In this document: positions 40,001 to 47,906 of the stretch, one piece after another
Numbering within the stretch: the stretch's first letter is position 1
Layout of the letters: each line of letters starts with the position of its first letter
NCBI GenBank assembly: GCA_025456225.1
Contig: JALOLB010000001.1
Location: 14,054 to 73,532, forward strand
Origin: Thermoanaerobaculaceae bacterium
GTDB taxonomy: Bacteria > Acidobacteriota > Thermoanaerobaculia > Thermoanaerobaculales > Thermoanaerobaculaceae
Reading direction: 5' to 3'
DNA length: 59,479 bases
Notes under the pieces: generated by a model
Databases searched by the model: none
The model's input: only the letters and a program-made list of their open reading frames with translations
Told to the model about the DNA's origin: nothing
Translations under genes and position numbers: made by a program

Positions 40001-40739
40001 GGCCGGCTACGTGTCCACCATCGACCCGGACACCAACGACCCCACCACCGTCCGTGGCGTGCGCCGGTCCCAGGCCGGCCCGGTCCTTTTCCCCGGCGTT
40101 ACCCGCGGCTCCGGACAGAACCTCTCAGTCTGGCGGTCCGAGGCCACACTGTTGGGGACTGGTGAAGGTCCGGAGCAGGTGCTTCTGGAAGTGCTCGCCA
40201 AAGGCACGGGGGCACCTGTCGGCAGCGCACGCTATACGCTCGCTTCCGGGGAGGTCCGCCTCGTTTCCGACATCATTCAGGCTATCGGTGCTCCAGACGG
40301 GAGCGGAACCCTGAGAGTAACAGGCAGGGCGCTGGCGTGGGTGCGAACCTTCAGCCAGGGGACCCACGGCACATTCGGCCAGGACTGCACGCCGCTGGTG
40401 AGTGACCGGGCCTTCACTGCACAGGACAACGTGCTATTTCCCGTGCAGGCGTTCCAGAACACCACCGTCAACCCACGCTCGAACCTCCTGGTCCAGAACC
40501 TCGACTCGAAGGCGATCAACGTGACTCTGAGGATCGGCACCAAGGTCGGGGGCAGACGGATCGAGGCCGGAGCCTACGACCAGTTCAACAACCTGGGGGC
40601 GCTTCTCGGCACCTACCCCGGTACAGCGCTGTTGGTCGTCACGGCGGACGGTCGATGGTCCGGCTCCGTGTCGACGATAGACCCATTGACCAACGACCCC
40701 ACAACCGTCCAGGGAACGATCCGCTCAGCCGGCCAGTAG
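37083..40739 (+). CDS. Large lipoprotein: about 13 BNR/Asp-box-like propeller repeats, IPT/TIG, Ig-like domain, and two copies of the paralog-family N domain
   Basis: Track ORF 36813..40739 trimmed to the ATG at 37083 (GGGGGAGGG upstream; lipobox VAALTCC). [TS]S.DG..W motifs recur about every 45-50 aa. IPT-like segment: IAPAFGSVAGGTPVTISGVGF. Two C-terminal units of about 210 aa at roughly 39425-40060 and 40080-40725. Confidence 0.85.
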   Translation: MQLNRFAAAVVTVAALTCCRADNVAAAAGSPRPRHAVAALAGCATWEQVHPTVPMRDIRDIAFANDLYVAVDSRGLVFTSPDAVRWRTVYSSSKKLLAVTWAGDKFIAVGEVILTSPDGSAWTPQESPITPGYSELRSIASNGTVAIALGYPYALRSTDGATWKIVNSITNLSRVVWAGGQFLAFDQWTSAVMTSTDGTSWETRTLGDGNRIGAVAWSGSRYLAGGGDGSYVLTSPDAVVWTRQPTTGSGSCWWFAMIWTGARYVATNSYGIYSSADGLTWKDSMDGANRGWERLPSLIWTGNQAVAGGAVGILTSPDGLRWTVRTPDQASALTAAVSNGSTMVAVGDGGRLLTSHDGLRWQGTSVSGVYELSGFSAVAWNGSRFVAAGTNSMCQGLLARSDDGFHWSSRVIQDDMMVVDLVWDGTRFVAIGSGRAWTSRDGDSWEVAYAGQENLGTFLRSNGSMLLAGWKSWGGFVYTSPDAVSWVKRPLPADNWQLFSATWNGSLFMAVGTLAGSPPEPLVATSSDGQEWTRLTTDLATGFRPTAVVWDGSRFYASSSEGASSSADGKTWDPVQRLPGVVNVLLAEGGRVYGFGDNSSIMRTACSTSSSIQVSAIAPAFGSVAGGTPVTISGVGFKADATVAIGSASAQPATVLDTTTIITTTGAGGAGLADVVVTNPGGQQATLVGAFTYTQPLALQTTALPAARTGQDYSCALAATGGEPPYVWTASSSLPSGLVLLAEGVLSGWPTKSGAFPVGVEVRDALGARSTATFSLIIEAGDALFQGVARQSGNLGSDWRSEVSLFNPTSSSQTVQLKIHAKKSSAVAAARSYSMAPGEMRSIADLYTELGATEGSGVLRVCGSATAWVRTFNSTPTGTYGQSVPPHAEDMFEFDEEALFAINAPASSASGFRSNLLLLNLEPRPTTFVLTIGGAQVTYRVEALQFDQVNGVGATVGSTAGASVLSVRADGRWAGYVSTIDPDTNDPTTVRGVRRSQAGPVLFPGVTRGSGQNLSVWRSEATLLGTGEGPEQVLLEVLAKGTGAPVGSARYTLASGEVRLVSDIIQAIGAPDGSGTLRVTGRALAWVRTFSQGTHGTFGQDCTPLVSDRAFTAQDNVLFPVQAFQNTTVNPRSNLLVQNLDSKAINVTLRIGTKVGGRRIEAGAYDQFNNLGALLGTYPGTALLVVTADGRWSGSVSTIDPLTNDPTTVQGTIRSAGQ

Positions 40740-40993
40740 CAGCCTCGATCGGGCGGTCGAGCCAGGGCTCGTGTTGAGCCTCGAGAACTTGCTTCTCCCG
40801 CCGCTCTCGTGGCGCGAAGCGGGCGGGCGTTCGACCTCTGCATCCGAGACGAGGTTGCGAGACGAGCCGGGTCCGATGCGCCGGCGGGAGGCAACGGCGC
40901 GCGAGGCAGTGGGAGGACAGCGCGTCCCTTGTTGATCGCCACGATGGGAAGGGCACCGTTCGCCTGTCTCGGCGGAGACGCCACCTCGTCAGG

Positions 40994-42085
40994 TCACTCG
41001 CCGGGTGAGCCCGGGCTCGCCGGTGCCCGCTGCAGTCGGCGGCGGACTCGCGGTCCGGGAGTCGGCGTGGGGGTCGGGGTCGGCGTTGCGGTCGGAGTCG
41101 CGGTCGGCGTCGGCGAGGGGGCCGGGCGCGGCCGCCAGTTCGGCCAGTACTCGTTGGCGTTGTTGCTCGAGAGGTTGCGCTGGTTGGTCCCGTCGGCGTT
41201 CATCACGAAGATCTGATAGGGCCCGGTACGGTTGGACTGGAAGGCGATCTCGGAGCTGTCGGGGGACCACACCGGGTCCTCGTTGACGCGGCTCGAGCCG
41301 GGAATGAGGGCACGCATGCCGGTGCCGTCGGCGTTCATGACGGAGATGCCGCGGTTGGCGTAGGTCCCCGCCGTCATCGTGCAGAAGACGATCCGCGAGC
41401 CGTCGGGGGACCAGGTGGGGAGAGCCTCCCACTCGGTCGTGGTGGTGAGCCGCTGCTCGCCGGTGCCATCCGCGTTCACCACGTAGATGTCCCAGTTTCC
41501 CCCCCGCGCCGAGTAGTACAGCAGCCGGCTGCCGTCCGGGGACCAGCGCGGGGCGTGGTCGCTGCCCGAGCTGCTCAGCAGCCGGCGCTGGCCGCTGCCG
41601 TCAGCGTTCATCAGGTAGAGCTGCCAGGTACACATGGGCCAGCACCGGCTCGGGTTGGGGTCGTGACGGCTGCTGGAGAAGGCGATCGTGGAGCCGTCCG
41701 GGGACCAGTCCGAGGCCAGCTCGTTCCACGAGGTGTCTGTCAGCGGGCGCTGGTCGGAGCCGTCGGCGTTCATCACCCAGACCTGGAAGCGCCCGGACTG
41801 GTTCGAGCTGTAGATGAGCCGGCTTCCGTCCGGCGACCAGTTGGGTGCCTCCTCCTCCGATGCCGAGAAGGTGAGCCTGCGCTGATCCGAGCCGTCGGCG
41901 TTCATGACGTAGATCTCGGCGTTGCCGTCGCGCGAGGAGTAGAAGGCGATGCGACCGTCGGACGAGCTGGCGCTCGCCGGCTCCCGGGGCGGTGGCGTGT
42001 CCGCGCCCGGCGACGGGGGCGGGACGGCCACCACCGCGAGCAGGGTGACAGGCGCGATCCAGAGTGGGGTGAGCCGGTTCCTCAT
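40994..42085 (-). CDS. TolB-like PD40 beta-propeller protein with C-terminal Pro/Thr linker
   Basis: Track ORF 40994..42613 trimmed to the ATG at 42085 (GGAGG upstream; signal-like [21 protein letters not shown]). Repeats of [26 protein letters not shown]. The tail reads [21 protein letters not shown]. Confidence 0.85.
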   Translation of the reverse strand: MRNRLTPLWIAPVTLLAVVAVPPPSPGADTPPPREPASASSSDGRIAFYSSRDGNAEIYVMNADGSDQRRLTFSASEEEAPNWSPDGSRLIYSSNQSGRFQVWVMNADGSDQRPLTDTSWNELASDWSPDGSTIAFSSSRHDPNPSRCWPMCTWQLYLMNADGSGQRRLLSSSGSDHAPRWSPDGSRLLYYSARGGNWDIYVVNADGTGEQRLTTTTEWEALPTWSPDGSRIVFCTMTAGTYANRGISVMNADGTGMRALIPGSSRVNEDPVWSPDSSEIAFQSNRTGPYQIFVMNADGTNQRNLSSNNANEYWPNWRPRPAPSPTPTATPTATPTPTPTPTPGPRVRRRLQRAPASPGSPGE

Positions 42086-42389
42086 CGCGAGCCTCCGTGG
42101 GTCGCCGGGTTGGCCGTCCGGGATGCCCTGGCAGGGGCCGGGGAGCTTCCGGGCCTCGGCGGGAGATGGCCGGCCTGGCGGTCGGTGGGTTGGCAGGGCG
42201 GGTTTCCCTCCTTGCGGCGCGGCCAGCCGCCTCCGGCCGCCCGCGCGCGAGCCACGTGGCAGGTCAGGAATCCCGCAGCGAGGAGCTTCGGTCCCATCAG
42301 CTTGGTTGAAGATCCGCGAGCATTCTACGTCGGCAGCCGGCGCAGGTTTCCCCTGGATGTTGGGGTTGTCAAGCGACGATGTTGGGGTA

Positions 42390-42410
42390 CCACGTGCACA
42401 CTTATCGACC
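42390..42410 (+). repeat. Copy E (diverged) of the 22-nt intergenic motif
   Basis: ccacgtgcacacttatcgacc. Like copy B it is preceded by gggta. Confidence 0.6.
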
Positions 42411-42593
42411 TTGTTTCGGTGCCTGACCAGATTCAAGAAGGTGGAGTCTCTGGCCATGCCGCGCGAGGGCAGGCAACACCACCTACAACCCGGACGGTGC
42501 CCCCTGCCCGGGCCTCTTGGCCGATGGGGTGAAGCCGAGACCAACCTTGTATCCCGAGTTGTGTCGATATCGGTGGCCGTGGTACCCATCCCG

Positions 42594-42722
42594 ATCGCGC
42601 TCGAGGATCTCAAGCTGGAGCGGCTCCGGGTTGTCTACCCCGGCAGCCGCACCCACGACCTGCACGAGCGGGTCAACGCCACCCCGCTCTCCGCTGTCCC
42701 CGGGCGGCTGTCCACACCCTGA
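42594..42722 (+). pseudogene. Orphan 3' fragment of a DUF4143 AAA+ ATPase gene
   Basis: 42594..42736 aligns with 35098..35240, the 3' end plus about 15 nt downstream of the intact ATPase gene. Encoded [42 protein letters not shown] compares with [42 protein letters not shown]. Confidence 0.8.
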
Positions 42723-42863
42723 CACCCCGGCCAGCCCCCGGTGAGCGACGCAGGCTAGAATGGGACACCCGACCTCGGAGAAGGCCGGAGCTCACGACTC
42801 CGAGAGCACGGCCCGGGGGGGCAGCGGGGGGCGGGACCTCGGGGAACCGCAAGGAGTCGAGCG

Positions 42864-44474
42864 ATGTTCACTGCACGGCGGGCGCGGGCTTCGGACGTGG
42901 AGCGGATCCGCGATCTCTTCGTCGAGGCGTACGGGCAGGGCTACCCGTTCAAGGGCTTCTACGACACCGACTGGATCACCGGGCTCGTCTACGACGAGGG
43001 CACGATCGTCTATGTCGGCGAGATCGATGGCCGGATCGCCATCACGGCCACGGTCAACCTGTCGGTGGGCGCGATGGAGGACATGGTCGGCGAGGGGGGC
43101 CGGCTCGTCGCGGCGCCCGGCTCGCGGACCCGCAGCCAGGACTACACGACGGACCTCTGCCGGGCGCTCTACGCCGAGACCGAGGACCGCGTGCAGTTCC
43201 TCTTCTGCGAGGCACGCACCGCGCACCGCGGTAGTCAGAGGATTCTCGAGGACATGGGCTGGACGGTGGCCGGCTACGAGCCCCTGAAGTACTTCGATGG
43301 CACGAAGCGAGCCAGCACGATGCTGCTGATCCGGCTCCAGGGGATGGCGCTGGAGCTGCGCCGCAACCACCCGCGCGTGATCCCGGAGGTCGCGCTCCTC
43401 GCCAAGACGGTGCTCTCGGGGCTCGGGCTCGCGGAGGACGTCATCGTCACCGAGGAGGAGATGGGCTACCCGACCGACGCGACGTTCGAGCTCGAGCGGC
43501 TGACCACCAGCGGGTTCGCCCCGCTGCTCCGCATCGAGCGCGGCAGGCTGAAGAACCGCGAGGTCTTCGGCGGCAAGATCTCCCTGTCCCACGGGTTCTT
43601 CCAGATCTCCAACTCGCAAACCGAGTACCTCGTGGCGCGTGAGAACGGCGCGGTCGTCGGCGCCATCGGCTTCGTCAACGACCCGATCGACAACAAGGTC
43701 CGGGTCTTCGAGCTCGTCGAGTTCAACGACGCGGTCAAGGGCTTCCTGCTCGCGGCGGTCGAGCGGGTGGCCCGGGAGGAGCTTGGCGCCGCCTACATCG
43801 AGGTCGATGTCTCGGCGTTCTCGCCGAAGGTGCAGCGCACCCTCCAGCGCCTCGGGTTCGTACCCGTGGCGTACTGCCCCTCCATGGCCTTCGACCATGT
43901 CGAGCGGGTCGACATCGTGCGCATGGCCAGGCTCACCTGCCCCTACGACGCCGGCGACCTGCGCCTCACCAACGCGAGCCGCATCATCAAGGAGGTGGTC
44001 GAGAAGTCGATGGACGACCGCATCATCGGCGCCGAGATCGAGCAGGCGACCCGCGACGCCGCGCTGTTCCGGGCCCTGCCGGACGGCGACCGCCACGCGC
44101 TGGCCCGGCTGTGCCGCATCGCCGACCACCCGGCCGGGACCCGCCTCGTGGAGCAGGGCGCCGCGGCCACCAGGATGTTCATCCTCGTCTCGGGCGCGGG
44201 CACGGTCGCGCGCGGCGGCGTCACCTTCGGCGCGCTCACCCCCGGCGAGGCCTTCGGCGGGATGGCGCTGATCGGACGCCGCGAGCGCCTCGTCGAGGTC
44301 GTGCTCACCGAGGACAGCCGTGTCGTCGCCATCGACTTCGAGGACCTCGAGAAGCTCATGAATGCCCGGCCGCGCCTCGGCTACGCGGTCATGCGGGAGC
44401 TCGCAGCCGAGCTCGGTGCGAAGGTCTCCCGCGCCGGCATCGAGGCGCTGCTGCCCACCACCCCGCGGACCTGA
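42864..44474 (+). CDS. Tandem GNAT-like acyltransferase domains fused to a C-terminal cyclic-nucleotide-binding-like domain
   Basis: 536 aa. AAGGAG sits 7 nt upstream of the ATG. There are two acetyltransferase-fold-like halves (about 1-160 and 200-390). The C-terminus (LFRALPDGDRHALARL...GEAFGGMALIGRRERLVEVV) has a cNMP-binding topology. Confidence 0.8.
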   Translation: MFTARRARASDVERIRDLFVEAYGQGYPFKGFYDTDWITGLVYDEGTIVYVGEIDGRIAITATVNLSVGAMEDMVGEGGRLVAAPGSRTRSQDYTTDLCRALYAETEDRVQFLFCEARTAHRGSQRILEDMGWTVAGYEPLKYFDGTKRASTMLLIRLQGMALELRRNHPRVIPEVALLAKTVLSGLGLAEDVIVTEEEMGYPTDATFELERLTTSGFAPLLRIERGRLKNREVFGGKISLSHGFFQISNSQTEYLVARENGAVVGAIGFVNDPIDNKVRVFELVEFNDAVKGFLLAAVERVAREELGAAYIEVDVSAFSPKVQRTLQRLGFVPVAYCPSMAFDHVERVDIVRMARLTCPYDAGDLRLTNASRIIKEVVEKSMDDRIIGAEIEQATRDAALFRALPDGDRHALARLCRIADHPAGTRLVEQGAAATRMFILVSGAGTVARGGVTFGALTPGEAFGGMALIGRRERLVEVVLTEDSRVVAIDFEDLEKLMNARPRLGYAVMRELAAELGAKVSRAGIEALLPTTPRT

Positions 44475-44486
44475 CAAGGAGCCCCC

Positions 44487-45608
44487 ATGCCCACGTGCGT
44501 GCGATGCCTGCTCCCTTCCGTCGTCCCCGGCGCCGACCTCGACGCGGCCGGCGTGTGCGCCCTGTGCCGTGTCGAGGACACCTCCGACCCGGCAGCCGGG
44601 GAGCGGCAGCGACTCGCGTTCGCCTCGGACCTCGAGCAGACGATCGAGGCCTGCCGCGGCCGCGCCGCCTACGACTGCCTGGCCTGCTTCTCGGGCGGCA
44701 AGGACAGCATCTACATGCTCTACAAGCTCAAGAAGGAGCTGGGCCTGAAGGTGCTGGCGTTCACCTGCGACCTGGACATCCCGCCAGCCGGCTGGGACAA
44801 CATCCACCGCACCATCGACGGCCTCGACGTCGACCACGTCACCTTCAGGCCGCCGATGGGCTTCTACCGCAAGTTCTTCGCGTACCTCCTGCGCAACCAG
44901 GACGCGCGCGGCGCCGTGCGCACCGTGTGCTACGTCTCCGCACCGCTCACCGAGGGCTACGCCCTGCGCCTGGCCACCGAGAAGGGGATCCCCGTCGTCT
45001 TCGCCGGCTACTCGCCCGGGCAACCGGACCCCGACTGGATGCTCTACGAGATGCCGCGGCGCAAGATCAGCGAGTTCGACTGGACGCCCTCCGTGCTCAG
45101 GGACAGCGGCCTGTTCAGCGCGTCCGAGCTGGCGCTGTTCTGGAACCCGCGGCAGTTCCCCGAGGGAACCGGATTCCCCCGCTACATCGCCCCGTTCCAC
45201 GCCTGGGAGTACGACCAGCTCGAGGTGATCCGCACCGTGCAGAGGCTCGGCTTCGTGGCCCGCCGGCGCAACGCCAACCCGATCTTCTCGAACAGCCCGT
45301 TCCAGTGGCTGCTCATGTACTCGGATCTCAAGAACCTCGGCTACAACCCGTACGCGCCCGAGTTCTCCACCCTGATCCGGCGCGGCAAGGCGAGCCGCCT
45401 GATGTGGCGCGTCGCCTTCCCGCTCGTCGACGCGATGATCCGCCACCGTGTCCTGCTCGGCGCCCAGGTCACGCGCAGCGCCAGGGAGTTCGGCGTCAGG
45501 ATCGACGAGATGGCCATCACCCGTCCCACCCCGCCCGACGACTACCAGCTCTTCCTGGAGCAGAACCCGGCGCCTCCCGCCCGCGCGGAGAGCGGGGCCG
45601 TGCGCTAG
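44487..45608 (+). CDS. PP-loop ATP pyrophosphatase, N-acetyl-sugar amidotransferase-like (WbpG/TIGR03573-like)
   Basis: 373 aa. N-terminal zinc ribbon: CVRCLLPS...AGVCALC. PP-loop: ACFSGGKDS. AAGGAG upstream; it starts 12 nt after the stop of the previous gene. Confidence 0.8.
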   Translation: MPTCVRCLLPSVVPGADLDAAGVCALCRVEDTSDPAAGERQRLAFASDLEQTIEACRGRAAYDCLACFSGGKDSIYMLYKLKKELGLKVLAFTCDLDIPPAGWDNIHRTIDGLDVDHVTFRPPMGFYRKFFAYLLRNQDARGAVRTVCYVSAPLTEGYALRLATEKGIPVVFAGYSPGQPDPDWMLYEMPRRKISEFDWTPSVLRDSGLFSASELALFWNPRQFPEGTGFPRYIAPFHAWEYDQLEVIRTVQRLGFVARRRNANPIFSNSPFQWLLMYSDLKNLGYNPYAPEFSTLIRRGKASRLMWRVAFPLVDAMIRHRVLLGAQVTRSAREFGVRIDEMAITRPTPPDDYQLFLEQNPAPPARAESGAVR

Positions 45609-45631
45609 GCCCGCGCTTGAAAGGTCCTCCC

Positions 45632-46477
45632 ATGCCAGACACCGAATACAGCTCGCTCTTCCTCGACCGCACGCAGCGCCTCATCGGGCCCGCAGCGGTG
45701 GCCTGCCTGCGCGACGCCTGCGTCCTCGTCGCCGGCTGCGGCGGGGTCGGCGGCGCCACCGCCGTGCTGCTGGCGCGGATGGGGATCGGCCGCTTCGTCC
45801 TCGCCGATCCCGGGTGCTTCGACCCGCCCGACGCCAACCGCCAGTGGGCCGCCGACACCAGCGCCATGGGCGCCAACAAGGCCGAGCACTACGCGGGGCT
45901 GCTGACGCGCATCAACCCTGAGGTCCGCATCGAGGTCGTGCCCGAGGGCGTCCGCGCGGACAACGTCGCGGCGCTGGTCGAGCCGGCGGACATCGTCGTC
46001 GACGGCCTCGACCTGTCCGTGACCCTCGAGCTGCGGGCCGCCCTGTTCGAGCAGGCCCGACGCCGCGCCTACTGCATCAGCTCGCCCGCCGTGGGGTTCG
46101 GCACGCTGATCGCGGCCTCGGTGCCGGGCGGCGCGGCCATGGACCCGTTCCTCTCGCTGCTGCGGCTGGTCGGGCAGCGCGGTCTGCCCGCGACGATGGG
46201 CCGTTTCTTCGCGGCGCCGACGCTGGAGGCGATGAACCGCGAGCTGCCACGGGGCAAGGTCCCCTCGATCGCGATCGGCCCGGCCATGTGCGCCGTGTTC
46301 TCGGCAACCGAGGTCGTCGTCGCGCTGACGGCGCGAGCGGGCGTCGGCTGGCGAGAACCCCTCTGTCTGCCCCGGGTGCTGGTCGTCGACGCGCTCGACG
46401 TGCGGCACGAGGTCGTCCCGATCGACGACCTGCTGGCCGCGATGGACGGCGCCGCCGCGGCGGGGAGCGCGGAATGA
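45632..46477 (+). CDS. ThiF/MoeB/HesA-family E1-like adenylyltransferase
   Basis: Track ORF 44111..46477 trimmed to the ATG at 45632. Rossmann motif VAGCGGVGGATAVLLARMGIGRFVLADPGCFDPPDANRQ. No CxxC zinc pairs and no rhodanese, JAB or E2 domain seen. Confidence 0.8.
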   Translation: MPDTEYSSLFLDRTQRLIGPAAVACLRDACVLVAGCGGVGGATAVLLARMGIGRFVLADPGCFDPPDANRQWAADTSAMGANKAEHYAGLLTRINPEVRIEVVPEGVRADNVAALVEPADIVVDGLDLSVTLELRAALFEQARRRAYCISSPAVGFGTLIAASVPGGAAMDPFLSLLRLVGQRGLPATMGRFFAAPTLEAMNRELPRGKVPSIAIGPAMCAVFSATEVVVALTARAGVGWREPLCLPRVLVVDALDVRHEVVPIDDLLAAMDGAAAAGSAE

Positions 46478-47574
46478 TCGCCGGCGGCGCGCTCCACGGC
46501 GACGCGCCCTCACCCGGGGAGGTCGAGCGGCTCCTCGAAGCGGCGGTCTGGGCGCCCTCGGGCGACAACACCCAGCCGTGGCGATTCGAGTACGACGCGG
46601 GGCGGCGCGCCATCGACGTCGTGCTGGACCCGGCGCGCGACCGCTCGCCGATGAACGCCGGACAGCAGATGGCGCTGATCGCCTGCGGCGCCGCGGTCGA
46701 GAACGTGTCCACCCTCGCGGCGGCGCACGGCCGCCGGGTCACCGTCGAGGTGTGCCCCGCGGACGGTCCGGAGGTGGCGACGCGCGTCGCCAGCGTCGTG
46801 CTGGGCGGACAGCGGCCGGTCGGGGGACCACCCGAGCTGGAGGCCGCCGTCCGGGGTCGCGTCAGCAACCGCCGCGTCTTCGACGGCCGCCCGCTCGACG
46901 CGGCGACGCGGTCGAGCCTGGAGCGGGCGACGGCCGAGCTGCCCGGGGTGCAGGTCCGCCTGGTCACCGACCGGGCCCTTGTGCGGCAGGCGGCGGACCG
47001 GATCGCGAGGGGCGACACGGTCATGTTCGCCGACCCCGCCATGCGCCACGCCTTCCTCGGCAACGTCCGCTTCGACCTGCCGCGGAACGCGACGGCCGAC
47101 GAGGGCATGTCCCTGGGGTCGCTCGAGGCCGCGGCCCACCAGCGACTGGCGTTGCGCGCGATGCGCTTCACGCCGGACCTGCTCTTCGCACTGTCGGGCG
47201 GGGCGCGCATGCTCGGCGCGTACACCAGGAAGCTCGTGCGCAGCTCGGCCGGGCTGGCCCTCGTCGTCCCGACACGCGACCCGTGGAGCGACACCCTGGG
47301 TATCGGGCGCGCGGCGCAGCGCGTCTGGCTCGAGCTGTCCCGGCACGGCCTCGCGACACAGCCGATGATGTCGCTGCCGGGCCTGCGGTTCGCGCTTGCC
47401 TTCGGGGCTCCCGACCTGGTCCGCTCCCTGACGAGGCTCGGCGCGCCGCAGGCCCTGCGGGAGCTCGAGCGGATGCTGGCATCCGCCGGTCTCCCCGGCA
47501 TGCCCGCGTTCATGCTCCGCTTCGGGTACGCCCCGCCCCCGACCGCCCGGGTCGGCCGCAGGCGCCCCGGCTGA
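46474..47574 (+). CDS. Two-domain nitroreductase-family (FMN) protein
   Basis: Track ORF 46288..47574 trimmed to the ATG at 46474, which overlaps the ThiF stop (ATGA). N-terminal motif: LLEAAVWAPSGDNTQPWRF. At 366 aa its length fits tandem nitroreductase folds (Acg/SagB-like). Confidence 0.75.
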   Translation: MIAGGALHGDAPSPGEVERLLEAAVWAPSGDNTQPWRFEYDAGRRAIDVVLDPARDRSPMNAGQQMALIACGAAVENVSTLAAAHGRRVTVEVCPADGPEVATRVASVVLGGQRPVGGPPELEAAVRGRVSNRRVFDGRPLDAATRSSLERATAELPGVQVRLVTDRALVRQAADRIARGDTVMFADPAMRHAFLGNVRFDLPRNATADEGMSLGSLEAAAHQRLALRAMRFTPDLLFALSGGARMLGAYTRKLVRSSAGLALVVPTRDPWSDTLGIGRAAQRVWLELSRHGLATQPMMSLPGLRFALAFGAPDLVRSLTRLGAPQALRELERMLASAGLPGMPAFMLRFGYAPPPTARVGRRRPG

Positions 47575-47906
47575 GACCGGCCGGGCACGACGGGACGCAG
47601 CCGGCCGGCGGGTCTGCAGACCTCCTCCTGGGACCTGCTCGAAGCCTCGGTCACCCGGCCGGCCAGGGTCCTTGGAGCTGGCACGGCAGCGCTGGCGATG
47701 GCGGGAGCGCAAGCCTGGTCCGGGGGAGTGGGCCATGCCTCCCGGCAACCGATCCCGAACCCCGGTAGTCAGGGCCCCGCGATGGCACAATCATTGTGCC
47801 AGCGCCCATGCCGGTCCGACCCGCGCTGCCGCGCGGGGGCGTTGGCAACCCGCGTGGGGAACGATCATGATGTGATCGGCTACCGGAGCCAAGGTCGGAG
47901 GCCGTG

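Noticed and set aside
45632-47574. Calling the E1-like and nitroreductase pair a TOMM/azoline RiPP cluster
   Set aside because: I could not identify a YcaO cyclodehydratase, a leader/core peptide gene or an ABC exporter anywhere in the window. The analogy is only noted, not claimed.
42792-47684. Minus-strand ORFs 42792..45446 (884 aa) and 46077..47684 (535 aa)
   Set aside because: They are antisense to the four-gene operon, whose plus-strand products carry clear PP-loop, Rossmann/E1 and nitroreductase motifs and show translational coupling.
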